In this document: piece by piece, positions 1 through 9,741 of the stretch
Numbering within the stretch: position 1 is the first letter of the stretch
Layout: the number at the start of each line of letters is the position of its first letter
Translations under genes and position numbers: made by a program
IMG/VR virus record: IMGVR_UViG_3300025864_000012
Location: 30,143-94,142 of that record
DNA: 64,000 nucleotides
Direction: 5' to 3' (one strand)
DNA from: a virus
The notes under the pieces: generated by a model
The model's input: the letters and a program-made list of their open reading frames with translations, nothing else
Told to the model about the DNA's origin: nothing
Databases searched by the model: none

Positions 1-53
1 ACGATCAAGAAGGCGCTGACGCCCACGGTAATATCCTCGGTTGATCGCTTCAT
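1..53 (-). CDS. 5' end of a hypothetical protein running off the window (MKRSTEDITVGVSAFLI...)
   Basis: ATG overlaps the stop of 50..268 (ATGA coupling). Confidence 0.5.
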   Translation of the reverse strand, partial: MKRSTEDITVGVSAFLI

Positions 54-268
54 ACCCGCTTCACCCCGTCCTGGACCTCGTTCCACGGATTCACGCCTGG
101 GTCAACGACCGTTCCGTTGTTGTGAATGTTGGCCCATGACCAGCCCTCGGCCCCATCCACTTGCAGGTGGAACCGGATCTCGCCCTCAGGAAGCTCGGGG
201 TGTCCGGTCTCGCGCAGGATGGCCTGCACCTTGTCTGCGATCTCACGCTTCTGTCTGACTGAGAACAT
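50..268 (-). CDS. small hypothetical phage protein
   Basis: 72-aa ORF, GAGG RBS, coupled to neighbours. Confidence 0.7.
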   Translation of the reverse strand: MFSVRQKREIADKVQAILRETGHPELPEGEIRFHLQVDGAEGWSWANIHNNGTVVDPGVNPWNEVQDGVKRV

Positions 269-269
269 G

Positions 270-1316
270 TTACCTCGCTTTCGAGTCGTACTCCCTCAAT
301 GGGGAGTCTTCATTGAGATGATTGAGAACCAGGTTGTAGACAACATCTCCCCGCAGTTTGCTCCAGTGCAGCCGCACCGCGATGCCTTGCACTATCTCCG
401 CTCCCACGATAGCGTGGTCGATGTAGTTCTTCTGCATGACCTCGACACCATCCCGCAGAAACGTCTTGTTTTTTTCGCGGGCTACGAAGGGCTTGCCGAC
501 GTCATGGAGCAGGGCTGCCCATCTCAGCTCCGGAGATCCGTGAGTGGCCGCCGCCTCCACCACCGCCATGGTGTGCCCCCACAGCGTCTTGCTGTGATAC
601 GGAGTTTGCTGATCGTACCCAGCCTGAATCGAGACCTCGGGCAGGATGAACTTGAGAATACCGATGGACTGCGCCATCATCAGGCCGATGCTCGGTTGAT
701 CGCACATCAGAATGGCGTCAAGCTCGGGCACCCAGCGGTTGCGACTCACGTTGACGATGCTTGGCGCGCAACGCGCCGCTGCCGCTGTCGTCTCACCGTG
801 GACGTTGAAGTCCAGCTTGGCAGCGAAGCGACAAAGCCGCAACAGCCGCAACGGATCCTCCTTGAACCGCTGGCGCGCATTGCCTACCGCCCGAAGCACC
901 CCGTCCATGAGGTCGTCAATTCCACCCTGGGGGTCATGCACGGCCAGCGTGTCGGCGTCCATCGCCATCGCGTTGATGGTGAAGTCACGACGCGCAAGAT
1001 CGTCCTCGAGGGTCGCTGCAAAGCTCACCTCTGGATGACGTGAACCCGGGGTATACTTCTCGGTCCGAAAGGTGGTGATCTCTACCTGCTGGCCATCAAC
1101 GCGCATACCCAACGTACCATGCTTGTCGCCGACATGATACACCTTTCGGCCAGCGGACTCAATGAGCGCCTCCACCTCAGGGGGGAGCAGTGGCGTACAG
1201 AAGTCATAGTCCTTCGGGGTGACCCCCTGCGTGATGTCGCGCACGGCACCACCGACCAGATAGGACGGGTAGATCACCGACCTGACTTCCTTTACGATTT
1301 CAACCCAGTCAGCCAT
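270..1316 (-). CDS. cca: class II tRNA nucleotidyltransferase (CCA-adding enzyme) with HD domain
   Basis: Motifs LVGGAVRD, DYD, EITTFR, DLARRDFTINAMA, EDPLRLLR; C-terminal LLHDVGK HD motif. Confidence 0.92.
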   Translation of the reverse strand: MADWVEIVKEVRSVIYPSYLVGGAVRDITQGVTPKDYDFCTPLLPPEVEALIESAGRKVYHVGDKHGTLGMRVDGQQVEITTFRTEKYTPGSRHPEVSFAATLEDDLARRDFTINAMAMDADTLAVHDPQGGIDDLMDGVLRAVGNARQRFKEDPLRLLRLCRFAAKLDFNVHGETTAAAARCAPSIVNVSRNRWVPELDAILMCDQPSIGLMMAQSIGILKFILPEVSIQAGYDQQTPYHSKTLWGHTMAVVEAAATHGSPELRWAALLHDVGKPFVAREKNKTFLRDGVEVMQKNYIDHAIVGAEIVQGIAVRLHWSKLRGDVVYNLVLNHLNEDSPLREYDSKAR

Positions 1317-1322
1317 GCCTTC

Positions 1323-1985
1323 TCAGTTCATTCTCCGAATCGCCAACAAAACGCTGTTGATGGTATCGTAGTCCGGTTCGTCCGGCAGAGAAGTCTTACA
1401 ACTATCAATCCTGCGAATATGCCGGTCTACGTAGCTCTCGATGAATTCTAACTCTTCATGGCCCATGTTGTAAATAGCATCTTTCTCACTTTCCGGCACA
1501 ACGGGGTCAAGCACGCCAGTCGTCAAGAGCTGCTCGCACTGAAACAGCAGGCGAACAATGTGCCGGGCGTGCTTCATGTAGCGGTTCTTTACTTTCGACT
1601 CGAAGTAGTCGCCTTCGTGCGATCGAAGCTTGCGAATCTGCTGGTGAACATAGCCGCCGTAAGTCTGGCGCACACGCGTCGAGAGGAAGGCGTCTCGCGC
1701 CTCAAGAATCATGACCCCCTCTAGCGTCAATGTCCCGTACTTTGGAATGAACAGCAACTCCAAGATACTCGGGTTAGCCTGCGCGGCGAGCCGCATGTAT
1801 TTTTCCACCTCGTAGGTGGTACCCTCCTTGTTGCCCTCAGACCAGACGATTTGCTCCTTGGGCTTCTTCAATGAAAGAACCTGAGCGGTGGGGGCCACGT
1901 AAACCCCCTTGTAGTCGAAATCGCTCGCATCCGTGGCGAACCCATATAGCCTACTCCCCACGAGGCCGTTGAGGATCACGCGCAT
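1323..1985 (-). CDS. Pol-beta superfamily nucleotidyltransferase (RlaP/YcgL-like)
   Basis: GSRLYG...SDFDYKG motif, ANPSILELLF, and K...H..RLL helix typical of this family. Confidence 0.8.
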   Translation of the reverse strand: MRVILNGLVGSRLYGFATDASDFDYKGVYVAPTAQVLSLKKPKEQIVWSEGNKEGTTYEVEKYMRLAAQANPSILELLFIPKYGTLTLEGVMILEARDAFLSTRVRQTYGGYVHQQIRKLRSHEGDYFESKVKNRYMKHARHIVRLLFQCEQLLTTGVLDPVVPESEKDAIYNMGHEELEFIESYVDRHIRRIDSCKTSLPDEPDYDTINSVLLAIRRMN

Positions 1986-2401
1986 AGCCGCCTGCCCTCC
2001 CCAATAGCATCTACCTCCGCTGCCAAGTCCCAGTCCCCGCGCCTCAGAGCGCTCTCAAGAACTGCATGCTCTGAAGTTGTCAGGGCAATAAGGTTCTCCG
2101 GGGAGTCATTATGCTTGTTGCCGTCCCTGTGGTGAATGTTGTACTTGCGGCCACTCTCCTCAATCGGAACCTGACCCCAAGCAGCTTCGTAGACCCTGGC
2201 GCAATAGCGTTGGTTGGCGCGCCAGTCCGGGCCGTGCAGTTTTTCCCTCGTCTCCGGACTGAGTTTCCTTCCAAGGCTGGCGGTACTTATCTTCGCCCGC
2301 ATCTCCTGGCTCAGCTCGCGCCCAAGGCAATTCTGATTACCCGTCATAGCGACACGCAGTTTCGCCCGAGACGCATCCGTGTGGTGACTGCCCTTCCTCA
2401 C
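1976..2401 (-). CDS. NUMOD3-repeat HNH endonuclease (copy 1)
   Basis: Three H/S.ETRAK-type NUMOD3 repeats plus IHHRDGNKHNDSPENLIALT...H. Confidence 0.85.
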   Translation of the reverse strand: MRKGSHHTDASRAKLRVAMTGNQNCLGRELSQEMRAKISTASLGRKLSPETREKLHGPDWRANQRYCARVYEAAWGQVPIEESGRKYNIHHRDGNKHNDSPENLIALTTSEHAVLESALRRGDWDLAAEVDAIGEGRRLCA

Positions 2402-2444
2402 AGAGACCTCGAGACCATGAACATCTCATCCACCATGATGGCCC

Positions 2445-2687
2445 TCACCCTGCGGAACCGCACATACAATCGGCCGCCCATACCATTAGTTCGTCGTCAA
2501 GTCCAAGGCGCTGGGCCAAAGCGAACGCTCCTGCCTCGATGAACACGACGCCCTGCATACCCTCTGCAAACCCCAGACCACGCACAGTTACGAATCGAAC
2601 CCGCCCCATGTCAAGCCCGGCGGTTGTCAGCTGCCGCTTCCTGTAATCTGCTCGTTCTCGCGTGAGGCAAACAAAGATGATGTCCAT
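2445..2687 (-). CDS. hypothetical protein
   Basis: Starts immediately after the radical SAM stop. Confidence 0.5.
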   Translation of the reverse strand: MDIIFVCLTRERADYRKRQLTTAGLDMGRVRFVTVRGLGFAEGMQGVVFIEAGAFALAQRLGLDDELMVWAADCMCGSAG

Positions 2688-3533
2688 TTATCTCGCTCCC
2701 ATTGCCCTCGCGGCCCCAAACATCTCCTCCACCGTGCCCTGTATCGGGATGCGTATGGGGCTGGTGCTGGAGGGGCCGAATTGATACTGTACCAGGTCAA
2801 TATACATAGAGTACTGCCCGTCAGCACCCATATACATCTCACCCCAGTTCTCGGCGCTGAAGAAGCGCCGCACATCGAGCTGTTCTAGCGCGAGGTTGTC
2901 GAACGCGATGGTGGTGCGGCTGACGTACTTCCCTATGCACATCTCCCATTCGCGCAGCCGGAACTCGACGTCCTTGCTGTAGTGCGCCAGACCGCGCCCC
3001 TTCTTCTTGTATCCCATCACCAAGAGGCGAGGGAAATCCAGACAACGCTCCATGTCATCAAGGCTATGCACCCCGGCGATCAGATGGACGACACAGTTGT
3101 CGCGCTTCTCCATGAAGCTCCGGATCTCATCGTGCAACTCCGGCACATAGGAGATTCCGATGGCGGTGGGCCGAAGGTAGTCGGGGAAGTCAGGCAGATG
3201 CCGTGCGTTCACAGTCAGATTGCAGATGAGGTGCGGTAGCAATGCGGAAAGGTCGCTCAACTCCCGAGAGACCAGGAGGGGGTTGCCACCGCCGATGGCA
3301 AGCTCCACGCCGGGCGGTAGCTCACGGAACAGTACGATAGCATCCCTAAGGCGAAACGATGCTCCGTCTGGATGCGAATCCTCGTGGCAGAAGGGACAAG
3401 CGGCGTCACAGGCGTTCGTCACCTTGACGTCAATGCTCTCGGGGTACTGCGGAACGAACACATCACCGAAGCGATGCTTGGTGCCATCGTCCTCAATCAG
3501 AACCTCGTATGTGCCATTCTGATAGCACCACAT
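2688..3533 (-). CDS. radical SAM protein (likely start MWCYQNG at 3533)
   Basis: CDAACPFCHE CxxxCxxC motif, GGGNP motif; ATG 1 nt after upstream TGA. Confidence 0.88.
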   Translation of the reverse strand: MWCYQNGTYEVLIEDDGTKHRFGDVFVPQYPESIDVKVTNACDAACPFCHEDSHPDGASFRLRDAIVLFRELPPGVELAIGGGNPLLVSRELSDLSALLPHLICNLTVNARHLPDFPDYLRPTAIGISYVPELHDEIRSFMEKRDNCVVHLIAGVHSLDDMERCLDFPRLLVMGYKKKGRGLAHYSKDVEFRLREWEMCIGKYVSRTTIAFDNLALEQLDVRRFFSAENWGEMYMGADGQYSMYIDLVQYQFGPSSTSPIRIPIQGTVEEMFGAARAMGAR

Positions 3534-3534
3534 T

Positions 3535-3963
3535 TCAGTGGTTGTCGTTGTCGATGATGACGAAGTTCCCGCGTCCGAAGATGAACGCCTTGAGGTTCTC
3601 TTTGCTGTCGAAGACGTCCGCGTCGGTGATGACCCCCACCGACTGATGGTCGATGTACCCCGCCTTGTCCCACCCAGACACCTCGACAACGAACCGCACA
3701 GGCACCTTGGTGTACTCCTCGATGACCTTGCGGAGCATCTCAAGCTGCCAATCTTGCCCGTAGTTGGCGGCGTGCGTGTAGGCATACGACGCCTTCTCGC
3801 CCCACGAGTGCAGCTCTTCGTAGCCCCAGCCGTATTCACCCGGCTCAATGGCGATTTCTGTGCCAGGTTGAACAGCCACCGGCTCGAAGTCGGTCGTTGA
3901 CCCAGTGATAACCGAGTGCGACGACGATGAGTTGGTCTCAAACATGCTCCTTCGAATGGGCAT
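3535..3963 (-). CDS. FETNSSSSHS-motif protein, partner of the radical SAM enzyme
   Basis: AGGAGGA RBS before MPIRRSMFETNSSSSHS; YIDHQS and IIDNDN motifs; coupled to radical SAM gene. Confidence 0.8.
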   Translation of the reverse strand: MPIRRSMFETNSSSSHSVITGSTTDFEPVAVQPGTEIAIEPGEYGWGYEELHSWGEKASYAYTHAANYGQDWQLEMLRKVIEEYTKVPVRFVVEVSGWDKAGYIDHQSVGVITDADVFDSKENLKAFIFGRGNFVIIDNDNH

Positions 3964-3989
3964 CGCGATCCTCCTGTGGTGGTATTTTG

Positions 3990-4463
3990 TCATGAGCTTC
4001 CTCTCGCTGCAAGCGCGCACGGTTGGCGCCTGCTCTCACCGACGGCATCCACCTCAGAAGCCAAGTCCCAGTCTCCGTGCTCCAAAGCGCGCCCAAGTAT
4101 GGCGTGCTCTGAACGGGTCAAGGCGATGAGATTCCCTGGATCATCGTTTTGACGATCCCCGTCGCGGTGATGTATGTCGTACACACGACCGCTGTCCTCG
4201 AGCGGTATCTGACCCCAGGCACCTTCGTATGCCCCAGCGTAGTGGCACCTATGAGTGTGGTAGTCCGGACCCCTATTGGCGGCACTTATTTTCGCCCGCG
4301 CCTCCGAACCGAGCTCGTGCCCGAGGGCATTCTGGTTCCCCATTCGGGCGGCGCGCAGATTCGCCCTTGTCTCCTCCGTTGGGTTAGCAGCGTTCTGATT
4401 GCCCATCCGGGCGATGCTCATCTTCGCCCGCGTCTCGGCCGTATGGTGACTACCCTGCTTCAC
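3990..4463 (-). CDS. NUMOD3-repeat HNH endonuclease (copy 2)
   Basis: NUMOD3 repeats plus IHHRDGDRQNDDPGNLIALT...H; paralogue of 1976..2401. Confidence 0.85.
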   Translation of the reverse strand: MKQGSHHTAETRAKMSIARMGNQNAANPTEETRANLRAARMGNQNALGHELGSEARAKISAANRGPDYHTHRCHYAGAYEGAWGQIPLEDSGRVYDIHHRDGDRQNDDPGNLIALTRSEHAILGRALEHGDWDLASEVDAVGESRRQPCALAARGSS

Positions 4464-4762
4464 TACCGCAGCACCCGCCTGAGCTCGTCGACATAGCGCA
4501 TCATCTTCCGCTCGGGCTCGCCTTCGGGCCAGGGCTCGGTCGTCAACACCAACTTGTCAGGGTCGTCCCCGGCGAAATAGCGCGTCACGAGCTCAGTGGT
4601 GACGCAGTCCATCGCGAAGCCCCACTCCTCCTCCGTCGCTCCCGTGGGGAAGGGATAGCAGATGGTGTGCCGAAAGAACGACTCGGCCAGCGCCCGGTGC
4701 CGCAAGTTCAGCTTGGCAATCTTTTCACGCAATTCACGCACGACCTCGTCCTGGTCTGCCAC
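4463..4762 (-). CDS. hypothetical protein
   Basis: GTG start coupled to upstream TAG. Confidence 0.6.
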   Translation of the reverse strand: MADQDEVVRELREKIAKLNLRHRALAESFFRHTICYPFPTGATEEEWGFAMDCVTTELVTRYFAGDDPDKLVLTTEPWPEGEPERKMMRYVDELRRVLR

Positions 4763-4914
4763 TACTTCGCTCCCTTCTTCTTCCTTCTCTTCTCGCGGCT
4801 GATGACGAGCTTCAAGACCTCGTTGAGTGTTTCCTCCCACGGTTTACGATTGTGAAACGAGAGCCGCTCCGCCAACGCCTTGGCAACCTCTTGCCACTTT
4901 TCGGCCTCAGTCAT
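4762..4914 (-). CDS. small basic hypothetical protein (MTEAEKWQEVAK..., 50 aa)
   Basis: Fills the gap with overlapping start/stop; below ORF-track cutoff. Confidence 0.55.
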   Translation of the reverse strand: MTEAEKWQEVAKALAERLSFHNRKPWEETLNEVLKLVISREKRRKKKGAK

Positions 4915-5323
4915 CGAAACCCCGCCTCCAGAGGTGACCGCAGTGCTTGAGGGCCCTCATTATCGCAATCACTCTCTTAGGCCAGCCCGGCAGGGGTTCC
5001 GCGAGCACGTCCTCGGCGCGGGCGCGGTAGTCGTTGAGTGCGTTGGCCGCGTCTCGAATACCGCGACGGTATGCGTCCCGTTCCCGTTCCCGCTCCCGCC
5101 CCTCCGGCGTAGCCTCGGCCTGCCTAAGTGAAGCCTCCAGCTCCTCGATGCGAGCGAGGAGCTCCTGGACTACGCCCAACCCGAGAAGGAGCCACGACTC
5201 GCGCTTCTTCTCGTACCATGCTTGGTGGTTGCCGCAGGCCATACCGCCCCGCCATGTTATGCGGTTGATAAGGAACGCAGTGCGCTCCAGCCCCATCTCC
5301 TGCAACTCCTCAGGCTTCTTCAC
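4907..5323 (-). CDS. hypothetical coiled-coil protein
   Basis: Coupled ORF. Confidence 0.6.
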   Translation of the reverse strand: MKKPEELQEMGLERTAFLINRITWRGGMACGNHQAWYEKKRESWLLLGLGVVQELLARIEELEASLRQAEATPEGRERERERDAYRRGIRDAANALNDYRARAEDVLAEPLPGWPKRVIAIMRALKHCGHLWRRGFDD

Positions 5324-5606
5324 AAAAAACCTCCACGACCCGACACATAGCGTTGGGAGAATTGGTGTGCTCGTTCACTTCTGGTCCGAGAATCGCGGCC
5401 TTGCGCCACACCGACTTGTATGGATCGCCCCAATCGTCTTCCGTATATTCCCACTCAAAGCGCACGGCATCGGCTGGCGCGAAGTCAACGTGCGCCTCGC
5501 ACCAGACCATGAACTCACTGCGCCGATAGGCGAAGTCGGCTATGTGAAACGGGACACCGTCGCCGCAGCCCGCGATACAACAAGGATGGTTGTAGCAGTC
5601 ACACAT
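5310..5606 (-). CDS. Cys-rich hypothetical protein
   Basis: MCDCYNHPCC N-terminus; coupled ORF. Confidence 0.6.
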   Translation of the reverse strand: MCDCYNHPCCIAGCGDGVPFHIADFAYRRSEFMVWCEAHVDFAPADAVRFEWEYTEDDWGDPYKSVWRKAAILGPEVNEHTNSPNAMCRVVEVFCEEA

Positions 5607-6003
5607 GTTTCATCTCCTTGCCCCCTTCCTCGGTCTCAACCAGTTCGTTGATAATCCGAAGAACGGCCGTGAGGCATTCATATTCGCGCTCGTTGTTGTA
5701 AAGAGCAGCCTCATGTTTGTGGTGGACGACGGATTGGCGGATGCGCTCGATGGTGGCCTCGGCCTGCTCGGCGCGGTGTAGCGCATCTCCCGCCTCCAGC
5801 AGTGGGCCGAGCGCCTTGACCGCCTCAGCTTCCGTCTCAGTCAGTGGTGCGACTACGTGATTTAGCTCCTCAATCCGTGCCGTCAGCTCGGCGATGGCGG
5901 CGTCGGCCTTGTCTTGACATCGCTCCGTTCCTCTTCTGTACGCCGCAGACCTAAACTGTGCGGGAGACTCCGTGAACCGCCGGTACTCCTCAACTGCGCT
6001 CAC
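5599..6003 (-). CDS. hypothetical coiled-coil protein
   Basis: GTGA-coupled start MSAVEEYRR. Confidence 0.6.
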   Translation of the reverse strand: MSAVEEYRRFTESPAQFRSAAYRRGTERCQDKADAAIAELTARIEELNHVVAPLTETEAEAVKALGPLLEAGDALHRAEQAEATIERIRQSVVHHKHEAALYNNEREYECLTAVLRIINELVETEEGGKEMKHV

Positions 6004-6347
6004 GGCGTGCTCCTCTCGGCAACGGGGGCCGTCGTGGTGGTGAGTATGTAGCTTGGTGGCGGGAACGCCGCCGTAACCGCGAAGTACGCACGACAGTTGG
6101 CGCAGTAGTAGGAGTCGGCAATGACCGACTCTTGGGCAATGCCAATTGTCCGGGCTCCGCAAAGTGGACAGCAGACGGCAACGGCCTTCTGACTGACTTG
6201 GTACATCACTTCTCCTCCGTCGTGATATTCTGTGTCAATGTCCACCCCCAGCGCCTCGGCGATCTCCCGCGCCGCCTCGCCCGAGCGAATCATTTCGAGA
6301 CTGGCGCGGCGGCTAGGCTCGGTGGAGTGTGTCACAAAGTGTGTCAC
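6000..6347 (-). CDS. Zn-ribbon hypothetical protein
   Basis: CPLC...CANC. Confidence 0.6.
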   Translation of the reverse strand: MTHFVTHSTEPSRRASLEMIRSGEAAREIAEALGVDIDTEYHDGGEVMYQVSQKAVAVCCPLCGARTIGIAQESVIADSYYCANCRAYFAVTAAFPPPSYILTTTTAPVAERSTP

Positions 6348-6586
6348 GGCTTCTTTCCGTTGTTGTGCTTCTCCCAGAACTCACGCGAAGGCACGCCGTC
6401 GATGTAGCCCGTGTGCTTGCGCTTGTAATCTCCGCACCAGCAGTACATCGCCGTCTGCGGGAACCTGTGCTTGTGCTTGGTGGCGTCCGGGGCATAGCGG
6501 CGGCACTGGCCTTGGTTGGCGTGCCAGAACTGACACGTCTTGCAGTAGCCTCGCAGGGTGACCGCGTTCCTGTGCCCGGCGGTCAC
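6344..6586 (-). CDS. small Cys-rich metal-binding protein
   Basis: CKTC..W...G.CRR.AP...WCG; paralogue of 9738..10109. Confidence 0.6.
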   Translation of the reverse strand: MTAGHRNAVTLRGYCKTCQFWHANQGQCRRYAPDATKHKHRFPQTAMYCWCGDYKRKHTGYIDGVPSREFWEKHNNGKKP

Positions 6587-6984
6587 AACGTCCCCATCCC
6601 GTCCTTGAGGCAGTTGCGGGTTTCGGCCAACCACAATGCGAACTTGCCCTCAACCTCTTCCACGCCCGCCACTCCGATTGATGTGTCCCAAACCCACCTC
6701 AGCATCGCCTGTGTGGTGGCAAGTTCGGCCTCCAGCTTGGCGATGGTTTTCCTCTGCCCCCCCAGCACCAGTTCTGACATTCGCTCATCCGCCTCCAGTT
6801 TGGCGATACGCTCTTTCTGTTCCTCCAGCCCCTCGCTGTATGCGTAGATTTGTTCGCCTAGTTCTACGATGCGGACGGCCTGGAGGTCTTCCACCACCAC
6901 TGTATCTGGGTGACGGAACTGCCAGCAGGTACAGCTATGTCCGGTCCACGCACCGCAACTTGTCAGGTGTTCGCTTAGGCTCAC
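6583..6984 (-). CDS. hypothetical coiled-coil protein
   Basis: GTGA-coupled start. Confidence 0.55.
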   Translation of the reverse strand: MSLSEHLTSCGAWTGHSCTCWQFRHPDTVVVEDLQAVRIVELGEQIYAYSEGLEEQKERIAKLEADERMSELVLGGQRKTIAKLEAELATTQAMLRWVWDTSIGVAGVEEVEGKFALWLAETRNCLKDGMGTL

Positions 6985-7358
6985 GACGTGGTCCTCTCGG
7001 CCCAGCAGGACGGGGTGAAGTGACAGGGAGAATGCATGTGGCACGGCGACAGGTCGAGGCAGCAGTCCTGCTTGTATCCGTTGAAGTTGGCGCAGTTGCA
7101 TCCCCGCTTCAGCCGCTCGTTCTCCGCCCCCAGCTCGGCGATGCGCCTCATCAACTCGTTCTCCGGTCGCTTCTCGCACCCTTTGGCGTGCTCCAACATA
7201 ACGTTGAGGTCCTTGTCCATCGTCGTTCCACAGAAAATGCAGATGGACGTATTTCGTTCGGCCTCCAGCGCGGCGATGCGAGCACAGCAGGCATCTACCA
7301 TCTGCTGCGTTGGATGCGCGTCGAAGCGCATCTCCTGATAGTTAGTCTTGTCGCTCAC
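6981..7358 (-). CDS. Cys-rich hypothetical protein
   Basis: CIFC...H..GC Zn motif; coupled. Confidence 0.55.
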   Translation of the reverse strand: MSDKTNYQEMRFDAHPTQQMVDACCARIAALEAERNTSICIFCGTTMDKDLNVMLEHAKGCEKRPENELMRRIAELGAENERLKRGCNCANFNGYKQDCCLDLSPCHMHSPCHFTPSCWAERTTS

Positions 7359-7362
7359 GCCG

Positions 7363-7602
7363 TCACTTTTCCTTCGTTTCCTCGCAGATGACCTCGCGAA
7401 CGGCTGTCGCGCCCATCGTGTCTGCGTCGACCGTGACCATGCACCCGCAGTCATAGCGCGCAACCTCTATCCGCATCGGGGATACGGTCATCTCAACGAC
7501 CGAGTACCAAATGGGCAACGCGCCGTGCTCCGGGCAACGATCCCGCAGGACGCGCATCCCGCGGACGATCCTTGACCCTCGGCAGGTCCATTGGTTCATC
7601 AT
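7363..7602 (-). CDS. hypothetical protein
   Basis: Coupled ORF, CPEH...CGC. Confidence 0.55.
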   Translation of the reverse strand: MMNQWTCRGSRIVRGMRVLRDRCPEHGALPIWYSVVEMTVSPMRIEVARYDCGCMVTVDADTMGATAVREVICEETKEK

Positions 7603-7877
7603 GCCCCCTTTCGGTGGTCTTCATTATGGCACTGCGGTTCGCGAGGGCAGATGGTGTCATACTCGTACTGGTAACAACGACCGCCCTTGAACACATACTC
7701 GTCACAGTCGACAGTCAGATAGGGGCCAGGAGGAGCCGGTGGCGCCGGCCATGGCTGCTCGGGCTCGATCTTGCCCTTGAACTTCGGCGCTCGCATATCG
7801 GCAACGGGGATGAAGATGACAAACCACACGACGAGGCCGACGATGACGATTGCTGCGAGGGTCAGGAAGGCAGTCAT
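7599..7877 (-). CDS. small membrane protein
   Basis: N-terminal hydrophobic helix, Pro-rich linker. Confidence 0.55.
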   Translation of the reverse strand: MTAFLTLAAIVIVGLVVWFVIFIPVADMRAPKFKGKIEPEQPWPAPPAPPGPYLTVDCDEYVFKGGRCYQYEYDTICPREPQCHNEDHRKGA

Positions 7878-7879
7878 GG

Positions 7880-8626
7880 TCAACGCACTTCGTCCACGAC
7901 TCCGAGGCGGAGACTTTCGTCCGAGTCTAGCCACCAGTCCTTGCGGCGCCACCTGTTCGCGAACTGCCTGACGGTCAAACCGGTCTTGGGCTGGGCCTCC
8001 AGTGACCTCTTACTGAAGATGTTGAGAACGCGATCCTGGATTTTTCTGACGAAGGCTACCTCGTCCTCCACCTCGCCGATCTTGCCGCCCGCACCGAAGC
8101 TAACTTCATGGATCAGGACGTAAGCCTCGCGTCCCATCACGCGCGTGTCGCCGGCTTGCAGCAGTATCCCGGCCATGCTCGCCGCGTAGCCGATAGCGAC
8201 CGTCGTGATCTTGTGGCCCTTGCCACGCAGGAACATCAGGTAATCGAACAGCGCCATGCCCGCGATGACCTCGCCGCCGGGGCTATTTAGGATGATCTCG
8301 ATGTCGCACTTCGGCGCGTCTCTGTTCCAAAACGACAGCTCCCTGACGCATGTCGCAACGGACGACTCGCTGACCCTGCCGAGGAACTGATAGACATGGT
8401 GGTAGCTGTCCTCGGCCAACTCGCGCTTGTGCAACTCCCGTAACCGCTGCACGTGGATGGCTTCACACTGGGCGTCATACTCGGCCTTCAGCGCCTCGGC
8501 TGACATCTTGCGCGCCTCGGCATCGTTCTTCGCCGCCGCAGAAAGTGCCGCAACGGCCTCAGCCTGCGCCTTGGCAACGTTGGCCTCGATTTCTTCGGGG
8601 CTGAGCTCCCTTTCTTTGTCTGCCAT
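7880..8626 (-). CDS. clpP: ClpP-family serine protease with N-terminal helical extension (copy 1)
   Basis: NSPGG, AASMA (Ser), IHE (His), RKDWWL..E.L..G.VDE (Asp). Confidence 0.88.
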   Translation of the reverse strand: MADKERELSPEEIEANVAKAQAEAVAALSAAAKNDAEARKMSAEALKAEYDAQCEAIHVQRLRELHKRELAEDSYHHVYQFLGRVSESSVATCVRELSFWNRDAPKCDIEIILNSPGGEVIAGMALFDYLMFLRGKGHKITTVAIGYAASMAGILLQAGDTRVMGREAYVLIHEVSFGAGGKIGEVEDEVAFVRKIQDRVLNIFSKRSLEAQPKTGLTVRQFANRWRRKDWWLDSDESLRLGVVDEVR

Positions 8627-8629
8627 GTG

Positions 8630-9469
8630 TCATTCCTCCGGTTTGGGTGAAAAGGTCAGCGCAGCCAGGTGCGCGAGTGCCTCGTCGGCCTGCGTGATGC
8701 GCTTTTGCCAGTAGATGTACTGGCCGGCGTCGGACGGCCCATACTTGGTGAGCATGTGCGCCCGGTGCCCTCGCTCCTCTATGACGAACTTGGCCACGAT
8801 GGCGAGGCGTTCGCTGGGCGTCGGTGGGAAGAGGGCATTGTCGGCCATCACAAACCCCCCTCTCCGGCGTCAGCGCCCTGTCGCGCCCACACTGCATGCT
8901 GCAGCTCGTAGAGCAGGTCGTTCGCCTCGTCGGGCGTGAGGACGTGCACGACGCCCTTGTGGGAGCCGGGCAACGCGAGCTCAAAGCAATCGCGCCCGCG
9001 TTGGTAGACGCAGCAAGCCGGAAGCTTCATCAGGAGCCGCCCTTCGGCAGCACGCTCAGCGCGAGGGCGTAGTAGTTCATCGCGGCAACGATGTGGTACC
9101 GGATGTCAGGATCGTCTCCCCTGCCGTAGCGAACGGATGCGGCGTGGCATTCGGCCGCGTCGAGACATACGTCAAATGTCCAGCCGTCCATCGTCTTTGT
9201 GTCGTCGTGCCTCGCAGCCTGTGCCTTCATCTGCGACACAGCTGCGTCGATCTCTGGGTTGATGGTGGTCATGGCGTCACCCCCCGCGCCGATTCACGCG
9301 CTGCATCCGGGCGGCAGTACGGGCACGGCAACTCGCCCTCTTCGTGCCGGATGGTGCCGGCGTCGTGGCAGGCGCGGCAGTGGCAGGCGGCGTCCAATGC
9401 GCGCCACCTCGCGAGGGCGGCGTTGAAGCGAACGCGATTCTCATGGCGCTTGCGGATAACGTCGGTCAT
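8630..9469 (-). CDS. run of four small hypothetical genes (8630-8851, 8848-9030, 9030-9272, 9269-9469)
   Basis: Successive overlapping start/stop codons. Confidence 0.55.
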
Positions 9470-9741
9470 GGGAGCATCGCCAAAAGTTCAAAGAGCGGGT
9501 TCGTCTTCGCATCCAGGAGATTGTCCTCAGGGTTGTCAGAGAACCCGTCGCACGTCAGGAGCCACGTCGGATCGAAGTTGAGCGGCCACCTGAACCAACC
9601 GTTGCGAATCCCGTGCTCGTTGCCTGTGACGTGAGCCGCCTTCATGTTGTTGCAACGCGTGTGACAGTCACCAGGAATCATCCGGCGATGGACACACTTG
9701 TAGCAGTTTGGTTTGGTTACGTCAGTCGTGACGGTCTTCAT
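9466..9741 (-). CDS. Cys-rich hypothetical phage protein
   Basis: CYKC...C...WFRWPLNFDPTW...CDGF; ATGA coupled. Confidence 0.6.
   Translation of the reverse strand: MKTVTTDVTKPNCYKCVHRRMIPGDCHTRCNNMKAAHVTGNEHGIRNGWFRWPLNFDPTWLLTCDGFSDNPEDNLLDAKTNPLFELLAMLP

Noticed and set aside
3534-3941. 136-aa N-terminal extension of the radical SAM ORF as given in the track
   Set aside because: Overlaps the FETNSSSSHS gene in another frame and is low-complexity; the coupled ATG at 3533 is the better start
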